Assembly: GCA_964492065.1 (NCBI GenBank)
Contig: CAZBHH010000010.1
Location: 14,512 to 78,511, forward strand
Source of the DNA: an uncultured Chitinophagales bacterium
Lineage (GTDB): Bacteria > Bacteroidota > Bacteroidia > Chitinophagales > BACL12
Direction of reading: 5' to 3'
Length of the DNA: 64,000 nucleotides
Below, piece after piece: positions 44,659 through 54,835 of the stretch. Below the pieces are notes generated by a model that ran no database searches, was not told where the DNA came from, and saw only the letters and a program-made list of their open reading frames with translations. Each line of letters begins with the position of its first letter. The first letter of the stretch is position 1. The position numbers were made by a program, and so were the translations under genes.

Positions 44659-45651
44659 ATGAATAGACCAAACGCAGCCATAACCGGTGTGCATGGCTGG
44701 GTTCCCGAATACCGGCTCACCAACCAGGAATTAGAAAAACTGGTAGATACCACCGACGAGTGGATACTGACCCGTACGGGAATCAGGGAAAGGCGCATCC
44801 TGAAAGGAGAAGGGATGGCCACTTCCGACATGGTAGTGGAAGCCGTTAAGGGCCTGCTCGAAAAAACGGGTAATGCGCCCACAGACATCGACATGCTGAT
44901 CGTGGCTACCACCACTCCGGACATGGCATTTCCGGCAACTGCCAATATCGCCTGTGATAAACTGGGTACCAAAGACATTTTAAGCTACGACATCAGCGCA
45001 GCCTGCAGCGGTTTCCTGTTTGCCTTGACTACGGGCGCTAAATTCATTGAATCGGGCACCTTTAAAAAAGTGGTCGTAGCAGGGGCAGACAAGATGAGTT
45101 CCATCATTGACTATACTGACCGGGCAACCTGTGTACTTTTTGGAGATGGAGCCGGCGCCGTTTTGCTGGAACCCAATTACGATGGTTGCGGAATTATCGA
45201 TTCGGTGTTAAAATCGGATGGCTCAGGCAGATTTTTCCTGCATCAAAAGGCGGGAGGCTCCTTGAAACCGGCCTCGTATGAAACCGTGGACAAGAACGAA
45301 CACAAGGTGTATCAGGAAGGCAAAACCGTATTCAAATTTGCCGTAAAAAATATGGCGGATGTAGCCGAAGAAATTATGCAGCGCAACGCACTGACCAGTG
45401 ATGATATCGCTTACTTAGTACCGCACCAGGCGAATAAGCGCATCATTGATGCCACCGCAGAACGCATGGGGCTCCCATCGGAGAAAGTGATGATTAACAT
45501 CGAAAAATACGGCAATACCACGGCGGCGACTATACCCTTGTGTTTGTGGGAATGGGAGGACAAATTACACCGGGGCGATAATATTATACTGGCTGCTTTT
45601 GGCGGCGGGTTTACCTGGGGCGCCACTTATATCAAGTGGACTTACAATTAA
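44659..45651 (+). CDS. fabH: beta-ketoacyl-ACP synthase III
   Basis: 330 aa with active-site Cys in [10 protein letters not shown], His in VPHQAN and Asn in GNTTAATIP. Confidence 0.95.
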   Translation: MNRPNAAITGVHGWVPEYRLTNQELEKLVDTTDEWILTRTGIRERRILKGEGMATSDMVVEAVKGLLEKTGNAPTDIDMLIVATTTPDMAFPATANIACDKLGTKDILSYDISAACSGFLFALTTGAKFIESGTFKKVVVAGADKMSSIIDYTDRATCVLFGDGAGAVLLEPNYDGCGIIDSVLKSDGSGRFFLHQKAGGSLKPASYETVDKNEHKVYQEGKTVFKFAVKNMADVAEEIMQRNALTSDDIAYLVPHQANKRIIDATAERMGLPSEKVMINIEKYGNTTAATIPLCLWEWEDKLHRGDNIILAAFGGGFTWGATYIKWTYN

Positions 45652-45666
45652 CAAAAAACAATTTTT

Positions 45667-46230
45667 ATGGCAACAACAGCGGATTTTAGAAACGGATTAT
45701 GCCTTTCAATGAATAATGACATTTGGCAGGTAATTGAATTCCTTCACGTAAAACCCGGCAAGGGCAATGCGTTTGTGAGGAGCAAATTAAGGAGCCTGAC
45801 TACGGGCAGAGTTCTGGAAAACACCTTCCCATCCGGCGCCAATATAGATGTAGTACGGGTGGAGAGGCGCACCTACCAATTCTTATACGAAGATGATTAC
45901 GGATTGAATTTCATGAACAACGAAACCTTTGAACAGGTAACGCTCAATAAGGAAATGGTCGATGGAAGGCAGTTTTTGAAAGAAGGCCAGGAAGTGGATA
46001 TTTTGTTTCATGCCGAAGATGAAAGGCCCCTGCTTTGCGAACTGCCCGCTCATATTATTTTAACAATTACATTTGCAGAACCGGGTGTTAAAGGGAATAC
46101 AGCCACTAATGCCTATAAAAATGCTACGGTCGAAACCGGCGCAAACATACAGGTACCTCTTTTTGTGGAAGAGGGCGATAAAATAAAAATAGATACCCGT
46201 ACATTCGCATATATGGAACGAGTTAAATAA
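45667..46230 (+). CDS. efp: elongation factor P
   Basis: 187 aa: FRNGLCL...HVKPGKGNAFVRSKLRSL and a three-domain length. Confidence 0.95.
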   Translation: MATTADFRNGLCLSMNNDIWQVIEFLHVKPGKGNAFVRSKLRSLTTGRVLENTFPSGANIDVVRVERRTYQFLYEDDYGLNFMNNETFEQVTLNKEMVDGRQFLKEGQEVDILFHAEDERPLLCELPAHIILTITFAEPGVKGNTATNAYKNATVETGANIQVPLFVEEGDKIKIDTRTFAYMERVK

Positions 46231-46236
46231 CGGATT

Positions 46237-46734
46237 ATGGATTTTAAACAAATACAAGAACTCATAAGACTGGTTGGGAAAAACAATATTTCCGAACTGA
46301 GTATTGAAGAGGAGAATTTTAAAATTAAAATTAAAACCGTAGGAAATAATCCCATCATCGTGGAGACTCCCTCCTATATGCAGGCGCCGGTAGTTCAGGC
46401 GCCGGTTCAAATAACGCAACCCGTTACCGAAAAACCCAAAGAAACCGTAACGACGACGACACCGGTTGAAAAGCCCGATACCGGCGATGATAAACTCATC
46501 ACGATTAAGTCGCCCATCGTGGGCACCTTTTACCGCTCGCCGGGGCCGGACAAGGATGTTTATGTTAACGTCGGCGACAGTGTAACCGTTGGAAGCGTGC
46601 TCTGTATTATTGAGGCAATGAAATTATTTAATGAAATCGAATCGGAATACAGCGGCACCATTGTAAAAATCCTGGTGGATGACGCTTCACCGGTAGAATT
46701 TGACCAGCCGCTGTTTCTCATAGACACAAAATAA
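46237..46734 (+). CDS. accB: acetyl-CoA carboxylase biotin carboxyl carrier protein
   Basis: 165 aa with a Pro/Ala/Thr-rich linker and the biotinylation motif [13 protein letters not shown]. Confidence 0.94.
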   Translation: MDFKQIQELIRLVGKNNISELSIEEENFKIKIKTVGNNPIIVETPSYMQAPVVQAPVQITQPVTEKPKETVTTTTPVEKPDTGDDKLITIKSPIVGTFYRSPGPDKDVYVNVGDSVTVGSVLCIIEAMKLFNEIESEYSGTIVKILVDDASPVEFDQPLFLIDTK

Positions 46735-46792
46735 TGTTCTGGTAAACCCTATTCAATAAAACTTTTGTGGCCCGCATATTAAATGCAAATAC

Positions 46793-48145
46793 ATGTTTAA
46801 AAAAATTCTGATAGCCAACCGGGGAGAGATTGCATTGCGCATAATACGCACGGCAAAAGAAATGGGTGTAAAAACTGTGGCGGTATATTCCACCGCCGAT
46901 CAGGAAAGTTTGCCGGTTCGCTTTGCAGATGAAGCCGTATGCATCGGCCCGCCGGCAAGCAAAGAGAGTTATTTAAGTATTCCGAACCTGATGGCCGCCG
47001 CCGAAATCACAAATGCGGATGCCATTCATCCCGGCTACGGATTCTTAAGCGAGAACCAGGGCTTTGCCGAGATATGCAAACAATACGGCATAAAATTTAT
47101 CGGCCCGCAGCCGGAACATATCCATTTGATGGGCGATAAGATTACTGCCAAGGAAACCATGCGCAAAGCAGGCGTCCCGGTAGTACCGGGCAGTGAAGGC
47201 TTGTTGACCGACATTAGCGATGCAAAAAAGCAGGCAAAAAAAATCGGGTATCCCGTAATGCTCAAAGCAACAGCCGGAGGCGGCGGTAAGGGGATGCGCA
47301 TCGTATGGAGCGAAAAGGAAATTGAACACGCTTTCCAATCGGCGAGCGCCGAATCACAGGCAGCCTTCAGCAATGATGCCTTATACATGGAAAAGTTTGT
47401 GGAAGAGCCCCGGCACATTGAAATACAGGTCGCCGGCGATCAATATGGAAAAGCCTGCCACCTCAGCGAAAGAGACTGCTCCATTCAGCGGCGCCATCAA
47501 AAATTAGTCGAAGAAAGCCCTTCGCCTTTTGTGGATGAAGCCATGCGCAAAAAAATGGGCGAAATTGCGGTGCGGGCTGCCGAAAGCATACAATATGAAG
47601 GGGTGGGTACCATAGAATTTTTAGTGGACAAACACAAGAATTTCTATTTTATGGAAATGAATACCCGCATCCAGGTAGAACATCCCGTCACTGAAGAGGT
47701 AGTTGATTACGACCTCATAAAAGAACAGATAAAAATAGCGGCCGGTGAAAAAATTTCGGGTAAAAATTATTTCCCGCTGTTGCATGCGATGGAATGCCGC
47801 ATTAATGCCGAAGACCCTACCAAAGGATTCATGCCCTGCCCGGGAAAAATTGTCAACTTTCATTCTCCCAAAGGCCATGGGGTGCGGGTTGATACCGCCG
47901 TCTATGCCGGTTATACCATTCCGCCCTATTACGACAGTATGATAGCCAAACTGATTTGTAAAGCCAGAACAAGAGAAGAAGTCATATTGAAAATGCAGCG
48001 GGCTTTAGATGAATTTATTGTTGAGGGAATTAAAACTACTATTCCTTTCCACAAGAAATTAATGCGTGACAAACAATTCATTGCCGGCAAATTTGACACT
48101 TCTTTTCTCAATAATTTTGACTTCAGCGATTTAGCCGATTATTAA
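46793..48145 (+). CDS. accC: acetyl-CoA carboxylase biotin carboxylase subunit
   Basis: 450 aa: [20 protein letters not shown], the ATP-grasp motif GGGGKGMR, and [14 protein letters not shown]. Confidence 0.96.
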   Translation: MFKKILIANRGEIALRIIRTAKEMGVKTVAVYSTADQESLPVRFADEAVCIGPPASKESYLSIPNLMAAAEITNADAIHPGYGFLSENQGFAEICKQYGIKFIGPQPEHIHLMGDKITAKETMRKAGVPVVPGSEGLLTDISDAKKQAKKIGYPVMLKATAGGGGKGMRIVWSEKEIEHAFQSASAESQAAFSNDALYMEKFVEEPRHIEIQVAGDQYGKACHLSERDCSIQRRHQKLVEESPSPFVDEAMRKKMGEIAVRAAESIQYEGVGTIEFLVDKHKNFYFMEMNTRIQVEHPVTEEVVDYDLIKEQIKIAAGEKISGKNYFPLLHAMECRINAEDPTKGFMPCPGKIVNFHSPKGHGVRVDTAVYAGYTIPPYYDSMIAKLICKARTREEVILKMQRALDEFIVEGIKTTIPFHKKLMRDKQFIAGKFDTSFLNNFDFSDLADY

Positions 48146-49075
48146 TTGCCGGATTGCATGTTCGACGTGTTGAATCACTTCTGCTTCTGAATTGTCGGAA
48201 GGCTTAAATGTTTCGCCGGTAAGTACTTCAAACAATTCGATATACCGGGCGCTGATATCCCTAACTACGGCGTCTGTCATTTCCGGAATTGATTGGCCTT
48301 CACGTCCCATAAAGTTGTTTTCTATTAACCACTCCCTGACGAATTCCTTGGACAATTGTTTCTGCGGTTCGCCTTTTTCCTGTCTTTCGGCGTAACCTTC
48401 CAGGTAAAAATATCTCGAAGAGTCGGGTGTGTGTACTTCGTCCATTAATAGGATACGGCCATCGGACTTGCCGAACTCATATTTTGTATCCACCAATATT
48501 AAACCTCTTTCTTCTGCCATGCGGGTCCCGATATCAAATAATTTGCGGGTATAGGATTCCAGCACTGCATAGTCGGTTTCGCTTGCTAATTGCGATGCAA
48601 TTATTTCGTCTTTGGAAATATCTTCGTCATGGCCATGAGCCGCCTTGGTCGAAGGCGTAATAATCGGTTCGGGAAACGGGTCGTTTTCACGCATATTTTC
48701 GGGCATTGGAACACCGCAAATGGAGCGTTTGCCGCTTTTGTATTCCCGCCAGGCGTGGCCACTTAAATATCCGCGAATCACCATTTCCAATTTAAACGGT
48801 TCGCATTTTAAGCCGATGGAAACCCGCGGATCCGGCATGCCGAGCAGCCAGTTGGGTATTTCATGATGCGTACTCTCTAAAAAATATCCCGCAATTTGGT
48901 TTAACACCTGTCCTTTGTAAGGGATTGGTCGCGGCAGCACCACATCAAAAGCAGAAATCCGATCGCTTGCAATCATCACTAAATACTTATCCCGGATTGT
49001 GTACACATCGCGAACCTTGCCCTTGTAAAATGCGGTTTGCCCGGTAAAGTGCAAGCTGTGAATTTCCGCTGCCAT
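48131..49075 (-). CDS. purC: phosphoribosylaminoimidazole-succinocarboxamide synthase (long form)
   Basis: 314 aa with [17 protein letters not shown] and [10 protein letters not shown] motifs. The 3' end overlaps the accC 3' end by 15 nt (convergent). Confidence 0.93.
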   Translation of the reverse strand: MAAEIHSLHFTGQTAFYKGKVRDVYTIRDKYLVMIASDRISAFDVVLPRPIPYKGQVLNQIAGYFLESTHHEIPNWLLGMPDPRVSIGLKCEPFKLEMVIRGYLSGHAWREYKSGKRSICGVPMPENMRENDPFPEPIITPSTKAAHGHDEDISKDEIIASQLASETDYAVLESYTRKLFDIGTRMAEERGLILVDTKYEFGKSDGRILLMDEVHTPDSSRYFYLEGYAERQEKGEPQKQLSKEFVREWLIENNFMGREGQSIPEMTDAVVRDISARYIELFEVLTGETFKPSDNSEAEVIQHVEHAIRQLIIG

Positions 49076-49106
49076 TCAATGTAATTTGCAGCAAAAATAC
49101 AGCGGC

Positions 49107-51680
49107 TTATTTAATGTTGTATGCAACAATACTATTACCCTTGAATGAAACCACCAGGCTGCCGGATTCAATCACTATAAACCTGCCTGAGGCTTCCGCC
49201 GGGAAACCATTGACCGGAGTTCCGTCTGAGTGTATTAAAAACAATGTATGCAATTGCGAATCGGCAATACCGATGTAGGTATTTTTGTTACTCGTGTAAG
49301 TGTAAATTGAAGAATTGCCGGAAGCATTGACCGGAATCTGCCATAGCGGTTTTTGGGCGGTTGTCTCTGCATAGAGAGTACCGGATGACAGATAGATTAT
49401 ATCCATCGTATCATCGCTTTGCATATCCAATAATGCGGCATCCTGAATATCGCTGCCAACCGGGGTTGATTGCACTTTACCGTCAAGTGTCAATTGTACC
49501 AGATTGAATTGGCTGTCAATGGCTAACAACCGGCCATTGCCGCTGCCCGCATCCGGAATCAGTTCGCTGATGAAACCATTTCCCGCCTTTATTTTATTTA
49601 TTCTGTTTTCACCTTTCCTGTTTTTTATTTGAACAGTTCCGTCTGCATTGGCAAAGAGGATATAGTCTTTCTGATTCTTTTCAATATAAGTAAATGCCTG
49701 CTTAAGTATTGCCCCATTCTTTAACGGGCTCCACCCGGGCAGTGGTTTACCGTCTTTGTAGAACCCATAGATATTGCCATTGCCGCAACCGATAAACATC
49801 CGGTAGTCTCCCCGGCCGTCATAATCGATAAGCGACAACGGCGAGGTCACTTCCGTTGTTGCGCTAATCGGGAATCCTTCGACATCCCTTCCCAGCATAT
49901 CCAGCATGTGAATACCATCGGCAGCGGCGAAGGCGATTTGCTTCTTGCCGTTACTATAATAATCCACCGTATAGACTTTATCCGTCATCGGTGCAGCCAT
50001 CGCCCGCTTCCATTCGATATTGCCGTCAGGTGAAATCAGGTAAACCTGCAATGCTGTATCCTGTAAAAAAATATACTCTTTACCGCTTAAGTGATTGAAA
50101 ACGGCATACGGTCCATTGAGCACCGGGTAGTCGATTTGAGTTTTCCATGTGAATCCGCTCTGTTGCTTCGCACCGGGCGCATACAGAATATTACCGCTAA
50201 CGATATGCAACTCTTTTGAAGCGGAAAAGCGCAAGAGCAGCCCATTGTATTTTTGGAACGGGAATTCCGAACCCGCATCCGATGCAAATGTATTTTTAAC
50301 CAGCCCTCCTGAGAAAGCGGGATTTAGATACACACTGTAATTACAATTACTCGCCACCCTTGACTTCAGAATTTCATACGCCGCATCCTGCTTTAAGGTT
50401 TGTTGATTTAAGTAGGCATCTATCACCTGCATCAGTTGATTTATTGAAGGCGCTACTGCAATATATCCCTGTATTAAACAGGCAAATACCGTCTGTTTAC
50501 CGGTGCCGAATCCGGAAACGGACTGCAGTATTTCGGAGTCGGAGATTTTATAAATATCGAAATCACGGTAGTTGGTCGTACTATTTTCCGAAAGAATAGC
50601 AAGTTTGCTCAAAGCCATATCCCGATCAATTACCTGCATAATTAAATACGCCTTATTGCTGAGGGAAGCATCGTAGGGTTGCGAAACGGCATACGTATAA
50701 TGCGTGCCCAGCCAGGGAGCCCAATCTAACGATTCGGCGTTGCCCGCATTTTTATTCTCTCCTAAGATACCGAGCGGCCTGTTTCCCTGAAATGCAAATG
50801 CGGTATTTCCAATTAAAAAATTATCGGCTTCATCAAAATTGTATTCTGCATCCCGGTATTGGGATAATACGGTATTTAATCCGGCAGAACCGGCATATCC
50901 ACTCATTTCAATACCTGTATCCGTGAAATTAAAGCTCAGGGATATCCAGGAAGTAAAACCAGCCAGCCGGCGACAAACATTGTAGTAATCCTGTTTTACA
51001 AAACCGCCTGTATAATAGCCCAATTGCTCCATATTAAAAAATACATTGGGTACAGTATCCTTCAACCCTTTATCATACAGTTTTTTAAACAGCGGAAAGG
51101 TATTCAATCCGGTGGAAGCCTTAACCTGGGAAATAGCGCTTTCGATCAGCACTTCAGACATACTGAACAACAACACCTTTCCCACCATTGCACAACTCAC
51201 CACAACGCCGGGCACACTAAAGGAGTAAACGGTTTCCTTATTACTGTTGTAAGTGTTTACTTCAGCCGCAATGCCTTTATATGACCATTGGAGTTTCTGC
51301 AAACTGAAGCCCTCCGTCTTACATGCAAAAATATAATCCACCTTTCCCGCACCTGCAGTGATGGCAGACACAACTATTTTCCCATGTTCCACCATTTGCA
51401 TCAAGTCCGGGTCTGCCTGTGCGAAGTCCTTCAGCAACTGCGTAGCCGAATCCAGGTTATGAATCAATTGAATGGATTGTAAATCACTCCATTGGGGTGC
51501 GAGAAAGAAATTGCGTTCAATTGCGTTGACATTTTTTGCATCTATCACTAATAATGCATTGGCGGGGATTGCATCAATGGGTTCTAACCGAATACCGCCG
51601 GGTTTAAAAAAGAAATACCAGGCGGCAACTGCTGCTGCCAACACAATTACAATCCATGAGATCCGCCGTTTGTTCAACAT
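49107..51680 (-). CDS. membrane-anchored large periplasmic/surface protein, unknown function (DUF3352-like N-terminal half, FG-GAP/propeller-like C-terminal half)
   Basis: N-terminal anchor ISWIVIVLAAAVAAWYFFF. The C-terminal half has repeated beta-strand blocks and DYDGRGDY-type FG-GAP-like motifs. The start is moved to the ATG at 51680, because the track start at 51698 is TTG and overlaps a candidate -7 box. Confidence 0.7.
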   Translation of the reverse strand: MLNKRRISWIVIVLAAAVAAWYFFFKPGGIRLEPIDAIPANALLVIDAKNVNAIERNFFLAPQWSDLQSIQLIHNLDSATQLLKDFAQADPDLMQMVEHGKIVVSAITAGAGKVDYIFACKTEGFSLQKLQWSYKGIAAEVNTYNSNKETVYSFSVPGVVVSCAMVGKVLLFSMSEVLIESAISQVKASTGLNTFPLFKKLYDKGLKDTVPNVFFNMEQLGYYTGGFVKQDYYNVCRRLAGFTSWISLSFNFTDTGIEMSGYAGSAGLNTVLSQYRDAEYNFDEADNFLIGNTAFAFQGNRPLGILGENKNAGNAESLDWAPWLGTHYTYAVSQPYDASLSNKAYLIMQVIDRDMALSKLAILSENSTTNYRDFDIYKISDSEILQSVSGFGTGKQTVFACLIQGYIAVAPSINQLMQVIDAYLNQQTLKQDAAYEILKSRVASNCNYSVYLNPAFSGGLVKNTFASDAGSEFPFQKYNGLLLRFSASKELHIVSGNILYAPGAKQQSGFTWKTQIDYPVLNGPYAVFNHLSGKEYIFLQDTALQVYLISPDGNIEWKRAMAAPMTDKVYTVDYYSNGKKQIAFAAADGIHMLDMLGRDVEGFPISATTEVTSPLSLIDYDGRGDYRMFIGCGNGNIYGFYKDGKPLPGWSPLKNGAILKQAFTYIEKNQKDYILFANADGTVQIKNRKGENRINKIKAGNGFISELIPDAGSGNGRLLAIDSQFNLVQLTLDGKVQSTPVGSDIQDAALLDMQSDDTMDIIYLSSGTLYAETTAQKPLWQIPVNASGNSSIYTYTSNKNTYIGIADSQLHTLFLIHSDGTPVNGFPAEASGRFIVIESGSLVVSFKGNSIVAYNIK

Positions 51681-51686
51681 GTTGGA

Positions 51687-51704
51687 ATACCTTTGCAAAG
51701 GTAT
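51687..51704. promoter_or_regulatory. 18-bp perfect palindrome ATACCTTTGCAAAGGTAT containing back-to-back TAnnTTTG -7 boxes on both strands
   Basis: Read directly. TACCTTTG is at 51688-51695 on the plus strand, and its mirror is at 51696-51703 on the minus strand. It sits in the divergent region between the 49107-51680 gene and the DUF423 gene. Confidence 0.35.
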
Positions 51705-51739
51705 CCTATAAACAAGTGGGATAATTCACAAACTACAAA

Positions 51740-52153
51740 ATGCATGTACATAATATGAAGCAGGTAAAAACGATTTTACTTACCGGCGCTGCTCTCGGAG
51801 GAACGGCTGTGATGGCGGGCGCCTTCGGTTCACACTTTCTCGAAGAGCGCATTGTGCCGGAACACCTCGCCGTGTTTGAAACCGCAGCGAGATATCAAAT
51901 GTATCATGCCCTCGCCTTATGCTTGACCGGTGCAATTGCCGTTAAGAATTTTGAAAAATATTTTGGCCAGGCAGCCTTATGCTTTGTTGTCGGAACACTC
52001 ATTTTTTGCGGCTCGCTGTATGCGCTTTCTACTTCTGAAATATGGGCAGGGAAATACATGCGCCCGATAGGCGCCATAACCCCGATCGGAGGGGTATTTA
52101 TTATTGCGGGATGGATGTTATTGATCCGGGCAGTTTTGAAGGCGTTTAAATAA
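51740..52153 (+). CDS. DUF423-family small membrane protein
   Basis: 137 aa with four hydrophobic helices and GAFGSHFL / YQMYHALAL motifs typical of DUF423 (YgdD-like). An alternative start is the ATG at 51755. Confidence 0.8.
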   Translation: MHVHNMKQVKTILLTGAALGGTAVMAGAFGSHFLEERIVPEHLAVFETAARYQMYHALALCLTGAIAVKNFEKYFGQAALCFVVGTLIFCGSLYALSTSEIWAGKYMRPIGAITPIGGVFIIAGWMLLIRAVLKAFK

Positions 52154-52186
52154 AACAGCCGCAGGATTTCTGCGGCTGTTTTATTT
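52152..52186. terminator. bidirectional intrinsic terminator between convergent genes
   Basis: Perfect 10-bp stem acagccgcag (52155-52164) / ctgcggctgt (52170-52179) with a 5-nt loop. It is flanked by aaaa upstream and ttttattt downstream. Confidence 0.8.
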
Positions 52187-52202
52187 ACTCCCGGGTAAGT
52201 AA

Positions 52203-54812
52203 TTACTTACACTTGTATTTCATATTTTTTACATCGAAGGAGCAACCTCCGGCTTCCACGACTTTCAGACCGACGATCAAGGCCTGGGGGGTAGTAGTAT
52301 TGATTTTTGTTTCAATGTCTTTCAACATCACATCGCCCAGTTGCAGGCTTTTAATTTTAAAGACATCGCCTTTCACGGTAGATCCGTCGCTCAATGTGGT
52401 TGGCTTATCGTTAATAAAATCGGCATCTGAAACCGTTCCCGCTGCTTTGAGTAAAATAAAGAACTCATCGCTCACCATAGCCACCTTAAGGGTCGGATTC
52501 GGATTCAAAATATATTTTGTTTGTTCCACACCGTTTACCATTGCATTGCCTTCATACATGTTTCCCTTCTTGGAAATTGTGTTATCCAATGCGGCAGTAC
52601 TTACTTCCGTTGTAGTTGTAGTTTGATTTTCATTACCGCCGGTGTCACCGGTATCGCCGCCTTCATCGCTTCCGCCTTCATCATCCAATTGTTGCAATTG
52701 ATCCAACTGATTTTGACGTTCTTGTTCTTCCTGTTGTTGTTTTTCTCTCTCCAATGCTTTTAATGCATCAATTTCTGCTTGATTGTAAGTGATGTTCGTA
52801 TTCGGAATTTCACCGATAATTGTAAACTCGGTACGCCTGTTAATCTGATGTTCCTCTTCAGAACATTTCACTCCGTTGGCGCATTTGTTTTTCAATTTTG
52901 TTTCACCGTAGCCTTTGGCAACTAATCTGGCGGAGTCAATGCCCTTTCCAATCAGGTAATTCACTACTGATTGCGCACGGCGCTGTGATAAGTCGAGGTT
53001 ATAACTATCGCTACCCCGGCTGTCGGTATGCGAACCGATTTCGGCAATGATCGCGGGGTTCTCCACCATTACGGTATACAGAGAATCCAGAGAAGCAAAA
53101 GACTCGGGACGCAGATCTGCTTTATCCAATTCGTAATAAATATTTTTTACTTCGATTTCCTTTTTTATTGGAATCGGCTCAATGAGGACATCCACATATA
53201 ACGTATCATCATCTATGAGTCCAACTGTAGAGGTGGAAGATTCTCCTTTATAATATCCGTCCTTAATGGCGGTAACCTTGTATTTGGCATACTCGGTACC
53301 GCGATAGAATTCGAATAGTTTAGACACCTGGCTCGATGCCGAATCCACCTTAGCGGAGTTGGCATACAAGGTCACCGCTGCGCCTTCTATCAACGAGCTG
53401 TCCTTGGCAGACAAAACCCGTCCCATGATGGTAAACAAAGGCGGAATGATATATTCAAACTGATAAATATCGTCGCAACAAGTCTCGCTCTTAACCGAGT
53501 AACCGCCCTTGCGATTAGAAACAAAGAATCCGGTGCGTGCACGTTTTGTATCCAACGAATAGTAAAAATCATCAACGGATGAATTGATGGGAAACCCGAG
53601 ATTAGCCACGTTCTTGAAGCTCTTCAATCCGCCGTCGGCTTTGTAAATATCAAATCCTCCCACATTAATCTGGCCGTTGGAACTGAAATAAAATTTATCC
53701 TCCTTAACACTGTAAAACGGGGTAATTTCATCACCGGCAGTATTAATTTTCCGACCGCAGTTTTGCGGTGTTGTATATTCGGCGCCTTTATTTCTTATTT
53801 CGGAATACCAAATATCCATCCCGCCGACAGTGCCTTCCCGGTTTGATGAGAAATACAACAATTCCTTGCCTTTATATAATCCAACAGCGGGATGTGTTGT
53901 CGTGTATTTTGAACTCGATGTATTTATATCGGAAAGCTCCTTGCCTTTAGTCCATTCGTTATTCAGAAATTCACTCATATAAATTTTACATACCATTTGC
54001 AACGAGTCGTTGGGATTACATTCGGTATAATAAAATCTTTTACCGTCGGGTGAATAAGCGCCATTACCGGTATGTGCGTTTGTTTCATTAATCGGGCCGG
54101 CGAGTTGTTGTGCTTTTGCCCAGCTATCGCCCTGAGGCTTGGCTTCAAAAATTCTGGATTTCAATTCGACTTTTTTGCTGCTTCCCAAATCGATGATTTC
54201 TTCGCTGACGAGTGAGCCGTACACGAGGTTGGTATTTGTGGGATCATACTTCGGTGAAAAATCGGTGTAATTGTTATTTACATTCTTGTTCAGGTGTGTG
54301 ATTTCCACATCTACGGGCTCTGCCTGCAACAGAATTGCAAGGTCACATCCCTTTTGTTCATTCTTTGCCAGGCGCTTATAATACGCTGCTTCCTGCCCAC
54401 GCATCCGCGTCTTGTTAAATGCCTTAAACTCGGCGGAAGCTTCCGCGTACTTGCCGTTCATCTTTAAACTCAACGCATAATAGTATTGCGACTGCGGGTA
54501 ATCCGCCGGAGCTTTGTCCCAGATTTTCTTATACCAGGTTTCGGAATTTTGATAATCCCTTGCTTTAAAATAAGCAGTGGCAAGCTGATATCCCACATAA
54601 TTATCCGCATTTTTATTGTATTCCTGCAAATAAATATCAATTGCATTGTAATAACTGCCCGACTTCAGCAATTCATCGGCAAGCATCACTTCACGGTTTA
54701 CTTTTACCTTCGATCTCTTGGGGTTATCATCTCCGCCAGACTGGGCGGCGACCATTTGTAAAAGCATTGCCATCGAAACACATAACGTTAGTATCTTTTT
54801 CATAAATTTCAT
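52203..54812 (-). CDS. PorE-like T9SS-associated protein (TPR + PD40/TolB-like propeller + carboxypeptidase-regulatory-like + OmpA_C) with an extra ~200-aa C-terminal extension
   Basis: 869 aa with a signal peptide. It has TPR-like repeats (YYNAIDIYLQ..., YQLATAYFKARDY) and PD40-like repeats (SPDGKRFYY, LYFSSNREGTVGGMDIWY, FYFSSNGQINVGGFDIY). The OmpA_C motif is IAEIGSHTDSRGSDSYNLDLSQRRAQSV...GYGE. The same four-domain order is described for P. gingivalis PorE (PG1058). Confidence 0.7.
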   Translation of the reverse strand: MKFMKKILTLCVSMAMLLQMVAAQSGGDDNPKRSKVKVNREVMLADELLKSGSYYNAIDIYLQEYNKNADNYVGYQLATAYFKARDYQNSETWYKKIWDKAPADYPQSQYYYALSLKMNGKYAEASAEFKAFNKTRMRGQEAAYYKRLAKNEQKGCDLAILLQAEPVDVEITHLNKNVNNNYTDFSPKYDPTNTNLVYGSLVSEEIIDLGSSKKVELKSRIFEAKPQGDSWAKAQQLAGPINETNAHTGNGAYSPDGKRFYYTECNPNDSLQMVCKIYMSEFLNNEWTKGKELSDINTSSSKYTTTHPAVGLYKGKELLYFSSNREGTVGGMDIWYSEIRNKGAEYTTPQNCGRKINTAGDEITPFYSVKEDKFYFSSNGQINVGGFDIYKADGGLKSFKNVANLGFPINSSVDDFYYSLDTKRARTGFFVSNRKGGYSVKSETCCDDIYQFEYIIPPLFTIMGRVLSAKDSSLIEGAAVTLYANSAKVDSASSQVSKLFEFYRGTEYAKYKVTAIKDGYYKGESSTSTVGLIDDDTLYVDVLIEPIPIKKEIEVKNIYYELDKADLRPESFASLDSLYTVMVENPAIIAEIGSHTDSRGSDSYNLDLSQRRAQSVVNYLIGKGIDSARLVAKGYGETKLKNKCANGVKCSEEEHQINRRTEFTIIGEIPNTNITYNQAEIDALKALEREKQQQEEQERQNQLDQLQQLDDEGGSDEGGDTGDTGGNENQTTTTTEVSTAALDNTISKKGNMYEGNAMVNGVEQTKYILNPNPTLKVAMVSDEFFILLKAAGTVSDADFINDKPTTLSDGSTVKGDVFKIKSLQLGDVMLKDIETKINTTTPQALIVGLKVVEAGGCSFDVKNMKYKCK

Positions 54813-54835
54813 TTCGCTGTTTTCAAATTATCCTA

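Noticed and set aside
48131-48145. 15-nt convergent overlap of the accC and purC 3' ends. A similar 4-nt overlap occurs at 63717-63720 and 28557-28560.
   Set aside because: This is real but common in compact genomes, and nothing suggests a regulatory role.
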